DNA of 19,323 nucleotides, the filler included, from an uncultured Methanosarcinales archaeon (GTDB lineage Archaea > Nanobdellota > Nanobdellia > Woesearchaeales > CAYSVS01), in assembly GCA_964589485.1 (NCBI GenBank). It is 2 parts of 2 records of this genome, joined end to end, with 100 filler letters (N's around TTAATTAATTAA, not from the genome) between each part and the next. Parts side by side here need not be neighbours in the genome. Positions count along the whole stretch, not along the records: positions 1 to 9,810 come from CAZPRK010000021.1; positions 9,911 to 19,323 come from CAZPRK010000022.1. One strand, given 5' to 3'. Shown piece by piece: positions 7,412 through 15,609 of this stretch (positions are counted from its first letter, which is position 1; each line of letters starts with the position of its first letter). The notes under the pieces are model-generated. The model was not told the DNA's origin. It searched no databases and saw only the letters and a program-made list of their open reading frames with translations. A program made the translations under genes and the position numbers.

Positions 7412-8587
7412 ACACCCCATTGCATTGTTTCTACCTACACCAACTAATGCAGGAATCATTCCTATGGCTGTGCTTATTATTAATACTGATATCCCCCATA
7501 TTCCTGATATTAATATTACTAAAATAAAAATTAAACTAATTATGCTGATACACATTTTTTTATAGTTTAATTTAGTAATTATTTTTGCAAATATTTTACT
7601 TACCTTTAAAGCTAATATGGTAGCAATACCTCCTGCAATTAATGCAGTGCAAAGAAAAATAATCAGTTCAGACATATTTATTTTTTCAACAATTTCTTTT
7701 ACAACAATAATTGCTCCGTTTCTTGCTTTTTCTAATGAGAATAAAGTAGCTAAAGAAAATACGAAATTCACAGTGTTTATTCCTCCAATTAACACCATAA
7801 ATGCATAAATGCCAACATTACCTACAATTTCAACTGCAATTATTGCAGCTTGTGCACTTCCCAGTCCAGGAAAAATCCCGGTTAAACTTCCTGAAAAAAC
7901 TGCTGCCATAATTGCTTTAAAACCTTTTATTTTTTTTAATATAATAGTTTCTTCAAATGTTTGTATTGGAATAGAAACTTGATCATTTAATGATAATAAT
8001 AAAGTACTAATTCCGAACATTCCAGATAACATCGGAAATAAAGGTTGTGATAAATTTGGAAAATTTAATACAATTATTCCTAATATGCCTGATAATACAA
8101 AAACAAAAAAACTCCATAATTTCTTACTTATTCCGTTGTTTCTTAAAATCATATAAATACTTACAAATAACAATATCCATCCTATATATGGATTAATAAA
8201 ATTATATAAAGTTGGTAAGATTGGAATTGTTACTGGAATTAACATTATTGTTAATATTAAACAAATTAAACTTCCTATGACGGTTAATTTAATTGCTTCA
8301 AACCCTTTCCCTTCCATTAACAATTTATGTCCTGGTAAAACGTTTAATGCTTGATCTGCATCTGGAGCTCCAAGAAAAATAGAAGGAATACTATCTAAAA
8401 AGGAATGTGTTACAGCCATTGCAATAATAAAAACACCTAAACTAATTTTATTAACATAAACAAGAAAATAACCAGAAACGCTTAACAATAAAATACTAAT
8501 TAGATTAATATGAATGCCGGGAATTAAGCCTGTGATAATGCCGGAAGCCACACCGAGCAATATTGCAGCTATTATTTCGAGAAACAT
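7376..8587 (-). CDS. Tripartite tricarboxylate transporter TctA family (DUF112) membrane protein
   Basis: Motifs GLIPGIHIN, HSFLDSIPSIFLGAPD, VLPGHKLLMEGKG.EA, PMLSGMFG and GIFPGLGSAQA, with about 11-12 TM helices. Confidence 0.93.
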   Translation of the reverse strand: MFLEIIAAILLGVASGIITGLIPGIHINLISILLLSVSGYFLVYVNKISLGVFIIAMAVTHSFLDSIPSIFLGAPDADQALNVLPGHKLLMEGKGFEAIKLTVIGSLICLILTIMLIPVTIPILPTLYNFINPYIGWILLFVSIYMILRNNGISKKLWSFFVFVLSGILGIIVLNFPNLSQPLFPMLSGMFGISTLLLSLNDQVSIPIQTFEETIILKKIKGFKAIMAAVFSGSLTGIFPGLGSAQAAIIAVEIVGNVGIYAFMVLIGGINTVNFVFSLATLFSLEKARNGAIIVVKEIVEKINMSELIIFLCTALIAGGIATILALKVSKIFAKIITKLNYKKMCISIISLIFILVILISGIWGISVLIISTAIGMIPALVGVGRNNAMGCLMIPVIIFFLI

Positions 8588-8865
8588 ATAAACCCTAAAT
8601 CGCCCAGATTTATATATTTCACGCCTTCTAAACCGAAATCTCTCCAGTTATTTTGTAGGTTTTTTCGACTCTCTTTCTATCTCTTTTCGCCCGGAAATAT
8701 GTGGATTCCCAGACCAAACTTTGACAACCTAAGACCATAAAAGGATTATGGCGATAGTTCGTCACTTTGTACAGTGTGTATAAAAAGGATTTTAAAAGGC
8801 TTGTCATATTGTTGTGCATTCCCGGACTACTTTCAAGAAGTTTAATCAACTTGGCAGCCTTGAGG

Positions 8866-9498
8866 CTAATTTAACAACTTCATCAGAGGATCCAGGTCAT
8901 TAAATCCATTAAGAAACTCAAGAAGGTATTTGCGAGTTTGTGGTTGCTTTTTTCTCAATTGAATAGCATATGATAAAACCACTTCATATGTACCTTGTAA
9001 ACTTTTCCGAACATTTTGAGCTTTTGGCACAAAGAGTTTATTCAGTTTGGGTGATTTGAGATTCGGATTAGAAAGAATATAGATATACTGAATAATTTGA
9101 TCCATCGCATCAACTGCATTAATATCTGAAGAGATGTAATTTTTTATATCTTCTTCGCTCAATAATCTGTCTATAAAATCTTTAACTTTACTGTCAGGCT
9201 CAATTTTTTTTAGATCAAAATAGAACTTTGAATTTAATGTATATCTAATAATATCTGTGTGGCTTTTATGAAACTTTCCGAGTTTACTTTTCTTTACAAA
9301 TTCAGTCTTGAACTTTTTCTGATCTAGCCAACCGTATTGTTTGAATCGATAAAAATAATATGCGACAGTCCTATGATTCCAACTTTTTGGATGCATGGCT
9401 GAATATTCTTCTGATGCTTCTTTCAATGTTAACCAATCCATTAGAAACATCTTCAGAATCTTCTCAGATTGTTCTGTTGAATTAAATATTATTTTCAT
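8866..9498 (-). CDS. Putative winged-helix DNA-binding protein, 210 aa
   Basis: N-terminal KILKMFLMDWLTLKEAS...HRTVAYYFYRFKQYGWL...RYTL pattern resembles a wHTH with a long basic wing. Divergent from the RHH genes. Confidence 0.6.
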   Translation of the reverse strand: MKIIFNSTEQSEKILKMFLMDWLTLKEASEEYSAMHPKSWNHRTVAYYFYRFKQYGWLDQKKFKTEFVKKSKLGKFHKSHTDIIRYTLNSKFYFDLKKIEPDSKVKDFIDRLLSEEDIKNYISSDINAVDAMDQIIQYIYILSNPNLKSPKLNKLFVPKAQNVRKSLQGTYEVVLSYAIQLRKKQPQTRKYLLEFLNGFNDLDPLMKLLN

Positions 9499-9562
9499 TT
9501 TACCCTATGCAAGGTAATGGCTAGGAATATATTAATGTTACGTATGTTTACACACTTTTATT

Positions 9563-9703
9563 ATGAATAAGACAATATCTCTACCGGATGAATTGCTTGA
9601 AAAGGTTGAGAAGCACGCTTATGAAAGTGGGCGAACTTTCTCAGGGGTGGTTAGAGTCTGTCTGGAAAGGTATGTTGAGAATGTGCAGGAGCAGGTTAGT
9701 TAA
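9563..9703 (+). CDS. CopG-like ribbon-helix-helix protein, 46 aa; absent from ORF track
   Basis: MNKTISLPDELLEKVEKHAYESGRTFSGVVRVCLERYVENVQEQVS matches the RHH consensus (TISLP.EL...l...A...G.s.S.vvR..l..Y). Confidence 0.85.
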   Translation: MNKTISLPDELLEKVEKHAYESGRTFSGVVRVCLERYVENVQEQVS

Positions 9704-9810
9704 TGTTAGGTTATCAGAGAGGCAGTATAATCTTTTGATAAACAGAATGGAGGCGATTGGTTATCGTAATATGTCTCAGTTTATCAGAGATAGCTGTCTC
9801 CGAGATGATC
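9681..9810 (+). CDS. Second ribbon-helix-helix (MobC-like) protein, truncated by the gap
   Basis: MCRSRLVNVRLSERQYNLLINRMEAIGYRNMSQFIRDSCL matches the RHH pattern (V.vRLs..ey......a...G...mS.fiR). Overlaps the first RHH gene by 23 nt. Confidence 0.75.
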
Positions 9811-9910
9811 NNNNNNNNNNNNNNNNNNNNNNNNNNNNNNNNNNNNNNNNNNNNTTAATTAATTAANNNNNNNNNNNNNNNNNNNNNNNNNNNNNNNNNN
9901 NNNNNNNNNN
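9811..9910. other. Assembly gap with artificial TTAATTAATTAA six-frame stop linker
   Basis: 44 N, then TTAATTAATTAA (9855-9866), then 44 N, exactly 100 nt in total. Confidence 0.97.
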
Positions 9911-9954
9911 TGTCATAACCTAAAACAAACTTAGGACACTTTTCTATTTAACTG

Positions 9955-12900
9955 TCAAACTTGGGCTGAAGGTCTGTTCCCTGTTGTGGGTAATGTCTTT
10001 GGAAGATTTATTTTTGTATTACAATTAAAATTTTGAAAATAATCATCTATTTTTGTAATACTAGATGGATGAATTACACTTTTTTTACCTTCAATAGTTA
10101 TTTTAAGTGGAAGTACTTTATCATTTGTAGTTAGTTCTTTATGTACTTGTTTTATGCTTTTCAAAATATTTTCTTTAAAATTTTCACATGATGTTGAACT
10201 TTTTATTTTTTCGCTTAATTTTTGGTTTACAATTCCTTGTTCTGAATTAAGGTTGGGATTTATACTATTTTCATTAAAATCCCAATAGTACGAAGCTGTG
10301 CTTTCAAAGAAATTACCGCCGTAATTAAACCAAGCATGTTCTGGATCAACAGTAATCTGTAAACTTCTTTGTGGATTAGATTTATCTATTTGTTGAATAG
10401 GTTCTCTATATGCAACTGGCCTATCTTCTTGTTTATTTTTATTTTTTGATTCTTGAACTTTACTTTTAGTTGAAGATTTACAATCTATATTTCCATTGAA
10501 AAATTCAGTTAAATCAGTTCCACTTCTAACACTTTTAGAATTATCTTTTATTTCTACTCTTAATGTAGGGGGATCACTAATAGTTTCTTCATAACTTCGT
10601 GTTATTGCAGAATTTAAATCTTTCAAAAAATCTTTACAAGTTTGAGGGTTACTATCTTTAATTCTCTCTGCTATTTTTTTATTAATATCTGAACTTCCTT
10701 CATCTGGAATATAGTTTTTATTTTCAAAATCCCAGTAATATTTCGAAGTACTATCATATATAATTCCTACATCTCTAACAGTAATAATACGAGTTTTTCC
10801 ACTAGTTGGTTCTTTTTTTTGTTCTTTCTCTATTTTAGCTTTTTTAACCTCTTTAATTTCCTTATAACACTTATTATCTACGCAATACCTTCCTTCTTCA
10901 CTTGTTCCGCATTTTGTAGTTCCACAAAGACATTTGTCATTTTCGTATTCGCCATCGAATTTACATTTATTATCATCAATTTGTTTTCTAGGTTCAACTT
11001 TAATCGGAATATCTTTTTTCCATTCAAATTCAGATAATCTTAATCCGTCTTCTGCAGTTGTATCTTGACAATCATCGCTTTTATCAGATAAATGTCTTAA
11101 CTCTAACCTTAAGTTCCAATCTTTTTTATTTGATTCTAATTTAGTTCCTTTGGCATAAACTATAACCATAGTATGACCTAATCTTTTATTTCCACTTGCT
11201 TGAGTTTCAAATGCAGATCTAAGATCATTTATTTTTAGTCTAACTCCTCTGTGAGTAATTATTTCTTTTAAATTTCCTTGAGTTGTAATTTCTTTTTTAG
11301 AATTTTCTTTTAATACTCCATCATATATTTCAAATCTATCCTTACCATCAAAAGTAAATCCATCTGGTTCATTGTCTATGAATTTAATTGTAAATTCTAC
11401 ATCTCTTTCATTTTCCTGAGATAAAACTTGTAATGAAGCTGTTCCTCTATATTTATCAAAAGCATCAAATTTAACTTGACCATTTGAAAGAGTTAAGTCT
11501 GCAACTTTAAATTCGAGTTCAGTACTTTTAACTATTTTTTTATACACTGGCTTAAATGCAGATAATTTTCCACCAGTTTTACTTTGTAATTCTGCATATA
11601 AACATTGAGGTTTATCTTCACTTTCTAAGAAAACGTTTCCTCTAAACCATAATTCATCTCCTGGACTGTAAGTTGTATCTACTTTAGGTAAGTCTATTGT
11701 TGTAAAGTATGCTCTTCCTTTAGCGTCCCATAAAAAATCTGTTCCAGTACATAAATATTTTCCAGTTAATTGATCAAATGAACAAGCTACAATATCTTTT
11801 TGAGATTCATCTCTTAATGGGAAATAAAATACTCCATCTTTATTTCCTTCAGGTAAGCAACTTTCTCTTGCCTTAGCATCAAAAATATGTAACTTAACTT
11901 TTAGGTGGTCATATCTATAAGGCGATTCAACTATTTTAGAATGACTTTTATCTTCAAATTGACCTTGTGTAAGTTGATCTCCAGAATAGAAAAATTCATT
12001 CTTTTCTTCATTTAGATTAAAACAATCACATCCTTGATTTGGATGATTTTCTCCTGCAACTTGTTGACAAGATAATCCTTTTTCGAATGCAGTCTTACTA
12101 TTAATACAAGCTAATTCTGCAGTATATCCGTTAATTTCACATCCAGGGACAATGTTCCAAGCAGCTCTATATTCATATTGAGCTGTATCTTTGTAAGGAA
12201 CAAAACGTAAGTATTTTCTATTAACAGGGAAAGCTCCAACCATAGTGTTAAATGTACTTGAATAAGCTCCATCTAAAATATTATCCATACTTAATCCCCA
12301 ATCTCCTGTAATAGATCCAAGACAAACTTTTCTCATTATTCCCCTTGTTCCGCCACCTAAATAATTAGTTAATGCAGCATTACCATATTCGTCATTTAAT
12401 TCTTGTGCACTTTCACCAATACTATCAAATATAGAAGAAACTGTCATTTTTAACTGGTTTCCTCCGCCTCTATTTCCACCAAGTATTTTATCGTCTGGTG
12501 CACAACCTTCTGAAAAGTAACTTACAACTTGATACATACTTTCACACATATATTGAGTAAATATTTCTTTACATGTTCCTGAATCAGCTTCACCTGTTTT
12601 TTGAATTTGTGAAAAGCAACCATTTAACCCAGACATAATATTTTTCAAAGCTTTTAACCTATTATATATCCCAGATAAACATAAACATTGAAATGCAGAA
12701 GTATGTTGTTGCGGTGTTAAAATTGGCATTTTCTTTTTATAAATAAAATTATCTTGTCCGAAACAACTTGTAAAATCTCTATCTTTTAGATATTTATTTT
12801 CATTAAAACATTTAATTTTAAGTAAATTTTCTCTATAACTATATTCATCTCCTGAAGATATAATGACCTTAGGATTTTCTTTTTTCATTTGTTCACATTT

Positions 12901-15609
12901 AGGAGAAATTTGTTTAGTGTCTATTTTTTTTAAATATTTATTATCAATAAAATCATCTTTAAAATATGATGGAATATCATTTTCTTCAATCATTACTTGT
13001 TTATTACTTTTAACTACTGTTAATGTATCAGGAGGGCCACTTAAACCTCCACGCGGATATACTTTCTTTAGAATATATTTTTCTCCTTCCTTGCCACCAT
13101 CAAAAACATATTGACCTCCATCAAAAACATAATATGAATTATATTGTTGGTTATTTTTAGGGTGACCTTGTTTATAATCTAATACAAAACCCCTAGTACT
13201 TATTTTTTCTTTATTGTTACATCTTTGAACACTTTGAATTGCAGTTTTTACTTCACTTTCAGAAGCATCCGCAGTCCATTTAGCTGGAGTGCTATGACAT
13301 AATAATCTATCTGCAGCCCACCTGAAAACTGTATTCATTTTTTCTTCTTGTTTCCAAGCTAATTCACATTTAGTGCAACCTTTATCTCTCATTTCCTTAT
13401 CAGTCATTTCATTAATTTTTTTACAATCTTTACTTGTAGATTGTTCAATTTTACATGTAGCTTTTCTTACTCCCCTTGTAACAGCTTTTGCGATAAATCC
13501 AGCAATAGTTGCAGCTGCAGTTACTTTTAATGCTTGATCAATTTTAGGTAGAATTTTATCTATAGTTTTAATAGTACTATTAGTTAATTTAATAGAATCT
13601 TCTAAAAGCCAGTCTGGTAAAACTTTTCTTGGATCAATTCTAGAATTATCTAAATTATAAGAAACTTCAAAACATTTTTTCATAGGTTTAGTTTTACCGT
13701 TTTCTGAATATGTTAATAATGCATCAAAAGGAAAAACAACTTCATTAGTCATAGCTTTAATGAAATCTTCCATTGACAATCCTGTAGTTTTTCTTAAGTT
13801 TTCAATTTCGTTTAAGTTATAACTAAAATACCAAGCACTTTTATCAGGATTAGCTTTTTTAATTAAAGGTGAACTTTCTGGAAGAATGTCACAACTTAAA
13901 TTATATCTTTTATTTTTATTACTTGTTCTACATCTTTTTTCTAAACTTAAATCATCAACTTCCCAATCTTGTGCATTTCCATTGTATGTTAAATTTAATA
14001 TAAACGAAATTTGTTCACTTCCCTCTTCTAACCTATCAGGGCTTAATGTACTTGGGCTTTGGTATTTAGTTAACGGCATTATTGTAAATTTAGTTTCACC
14101 GCCACCACATGGAACTATAATGAAACTTAACCTTTGTTCTTGCCCTATATTTCCGCTAAGGTCAGTTGCTACTAAAGTAATGTCAATATTTTTTTCATCT
14201 TGAATGTCAACTATGTTTAAATCAATATTATTTGGGTCTTGTGGAAGGTGTGAACCAGATGCACTGAAAAAAGTTTCAATGTTAAGTCTTTTAAATTCAA
14301 AATTTCCATCTTCATCTGCAATAGCTGTTTCTCTTACATTATTGTTAGCAGAAAGTTGAACAGTAGCGAAAGGTTCAGTTTTTCCTTTAATTGTAGTTCT
14401 AGTTCCTAATGAACCTTGATCAATATAATACCCAGAACCAAGTGCATCTTCTGGGGAAATGTCAGTAATTTCAGGAGCAATTGAATCTTTAGTAAAATTA
14501 ATTTTTCTTATATCTTTATTTCCAGCATTATCTGTAGCTGTAATGGTTAAAAAGTTTCTTCCCTCTTCAACTGGAATGTCAATTACAAAAGTATTATCTG
14601 TAATAATTGGATCGAATTGATATAACTTTTTACAATCTTCTTCCGGCATAAGAGGAGTTCCTTCCTCAGCTTCACTTTCACGTGTAGTGTAAGTTAATGA
14701 AGATTCATCGTTTTCATTACAGTTATTATCAACTATTATTATTTTATATTCGTATTGAGTATTTGACCCTGTATAATGATCAGTTACAGTGTTTCCTCTT
14801 TGTATTGCGAATAATCTATCATTTCTATATATTTTGTAATATTTAACATCTTCATTGTTATCCCAGGTTAAAGTAACGCTACTTAACCCTTCTTGATCAA
14901 CTCTAAAGTTAGATATTTTTTCTTTAGTTGTTAACCTTTCATTTTTCAATGTATATATAATTGAAACATTTTCAGTAACTTTTCCATTTATTCTTAGATT
15001 ACTTTGTTCTTCTTTGAATATAGCGGGAACTTCACTTAAAGTTAATTCTGGGTCTATTGTATCAACTTCAATGTCGTAATAAAATTCTTTTTCTTCATCT
15101 GCTGTTACTTTAAAATAAATGTTGTTTATATTATTAGGAATTAATTTTACTCTAGAAAACCTAAATTCACCATTTCCAGTATCTGAATTAAATTTAGATT
15201 CTTGGTTATTAACTGTCATTAGAACTTGACTATTTGCAGGAGTTTTTCCTCTTATATCAATGATTGCTTTATTATATTTTTTTGGAAGGTCAACTTCAAA
15301 ATTTAAGTTACTTAATTTAGTTTTAAAAGTTGAAGGTGTTGATTCTTCAGTTTCAGTAACAATTTGATAGTTATATGTTGTATCTTGGGTTAAATCTTCT
15401 ATTAATATTGAATGTTCAGTGTTAGAGTTTGATGTTTTTGATTCAGTTAAAGCTGAAGTTCCATATTTAATTTCCGCAGTTGTACTTTCATCTGTTGTAA
15501 AGTCAATTGAAGCAGTTGTTTTTTCTGTAGTAACTTCAATATTAGATATAGCTGAGATAGGTGTAACTAGTAAAATTAATATTATAAACATACTTAATAT
15601 TTTTTTCAT
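9955..15609 (-). CDS. Giant secreted/surface protein, 1884 aa: FN3 and Ig-like domains, Cys-rich core, duplicated C-terminal domain
   Basis: Signal peptide MKKILSMFIILILLVTPISA. FN3-like motifs (IKYGT..HSILIEDLTQDTTYNYQI; VTLTW..YKIYRN..YEYKI) and Ig/Big-like motifs (VDTIDPELTL; EGRNFLTITATDNAGN; DSIAPEI; ATDLSGN). Many Cys after about aa 500; no C-terminal TM. Confidence 0.88.
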   Translation of the reverse strand: MKKILSMFIILILLVTPISAISNIEVTTEKTTASIDFTTDESTTAEIKYGTSALTESKTSNSNTEHSILIEDLTQDTTYNYQIVTETEESTPSTFKTKLSNLNFEVDLPKKYNKAIIDIRGKTPANSQVLMTVNNQESKFNSDTGNGEFRFSRVKLIPNNINNIYFKVTADEEKEFYYDIEVDTIDPELTLSEVPAIFKEEQSNLRINGKVTENVSIIYTLKNERLTTKEKISNFRVDQEGLSSVTLTWDNNEDVKYYKIYRNDRLFAIQRGNTVTDHYTGSNTQYEYKIIIVDNNCNENDESSLTYTTRESEAEEGTPLMPEEDCKKLYQFDPIITDNTFVIDIPVEEGRNFLTITATDNAGNKDIRKINFTKDSIAPEITDISPEDALGSGYYIDQGSLGTRTTIKGKTEPFATVQLSANNNVRETAIADEDGNFEFKRLNIETFFSASGSHLPQDPNNIDLNIVDIQDEKNIDITLVATDLSGNIGQEQRLSFIIVPCGGGETKFTIMPLTKYQSPSTLSPDRLEEGSEQISFILNLTYNGNAQDWEVDDLSLEKRCRTSNKNKRYNLSCDILPESSPLIKKANPDKSAWYFSYNLNEIENLRKTTGLSMEDFIKAMTNEVVFPFDALLTYSENGKTKPMKKCFEVSYNLDNSRIDPRKVLPDWLLEDSIKLTNSTIKTIDKILPKIDQALKVTAAATIAGFIAKAVTRGVRKATCKIEQSTSKDCKKINEMTDKEMRDKGCTKCELAWKQEEKMNTVFRWAADRLLCHSTPAKWTADASESEVKTAIQSVQRCNNKEKISTRGFVLDYKQGHPKNNQQYNSYYVFDGGQYVFDGGKEGEKYILKKVYPRGGLSGPPDTLTVVKSNKQVMIEENDIPSYFKDDFIDNKYLKKIDTKQISPKCEQMKKENPKVIISSGDEYSYRENLLKIKCFNENKYLKDRDFTSCFGQDNFIYKKKMPILTPQQHTSAFQCLCLSGIYNRLKALKNIMSGLNGCFSQIQKTGEADSGTCKEIFTQYMCESMYQVVSYFSEGCAPDDKILGGNRGGGNQLKMTVSSIFDSIGESAQELNDEYGNAALTNYLGGGTRGIMRKVCLGSITGDWGLSMDNILDGAYSSTFNTMVGAFPVNRKYLRFVPYKDTAQYEYRAAWNIVPGCEINGYTAELACINSKTAFEKGLSCQQVAGENHPNQGCDCFNLNEEKNEFFYSGDQLTQGQFEDKSHSKIVESPYRYDHLKVKLHIFDAKARESCLPEGNKDGVFYFPLRDESQKDIVACSFDQLTGKYLCTGTDFLWDAKGRAYFTTIDLPKVDTTYSPGDELWFRGNVFLESEDKPQCLYAELQSKTGGKLSAFKPVYKKIVKSTELEFKVADLTLSNGQVKFDAFDKYRGTASLQVLSQENERDVEFTIKFIDNEPDGFTFDGKDRFEIYDGVLKENSKKEITTQGNLKEIITHRGVRLKINDLRSAFETQASGNKRLGHTMVIVYAKGTKLESNKKDWNLRLELRHLSDKSDDCQDTTAEDGLRLSEFEWKKDIPIKVEPRKQIDDNKCKFDGEYENDKCLCGTTKCGTSEEGRYCVDNKCYKEIKEVKKAKIEKEQKKEPTSGKTRIITVRDVGIIYDSTSKYYWDFENKNYIPDEGSSDINKKIAERIKDSNPQTCKDFLKDLNSAITRSYEETISDPPTLRVEIKDNSKSVRSGTDLTEFFNGNIDCKSSTKSKVQESKNKNKQEDRPVAYREPIQQIDKSNPQRSLQITVDPEHAWFNYGGNFFESTASYYWDFNENSINPNLNSEQGIVNQKLSEKIKSSTSCENFKENILKSIKQVHKELTTNDKVLPLKITIEGKKSVIHPSSITKIDDYFQNFNCNTKINLPKTLPTTGNRPSAQV

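Larger units (their letters stand above)
8515..9810. mobile_element. Higher-GC islet, probable fragment of an integrated element (wHTH plus two RHH genes), truncated by the gap
   Basis: Hand counts give 25/60 GC at 8701-8760 and 29/60 at 9601-9660, versus 10/60 at 7501-7560. Tandem CopG/MobC-like genes are typical of plasmids and proviruses. No integrase is visible. Confidence 0.45.

Noticed and set aside
8628..8849. 73-aa minus-strand ORF
   Set aside because: TTG start, atypical composition and no recognisable motif; probably spurious.
8590..8865. Possible tRNA as integration target
   Set aside because: No cloverleaf or T-loop (GTTCRA) with a matching acceptor stem found on either strand.
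9855..9866. Perfect palindrome TTAATTAATTAA inside the N run
   Set aside because: Artificial contig-joining linker with stops in all six frames. It is not biological, and adjacency across it is unproven.
9588..9866. 92-aa ORF from the track
   Set aside because: Its first ~31 codons are an off-frame shadow of the CopG gene (9563-9703) and its end is gap artefact. Only 9681-9810 is credible.
9911..9945. Small inverted repeat (CCTAA/TTAGG) after the giant gene
   Set aside because: The stem is short and abuts the gap, so it cannot be judged as a terminator or element end.
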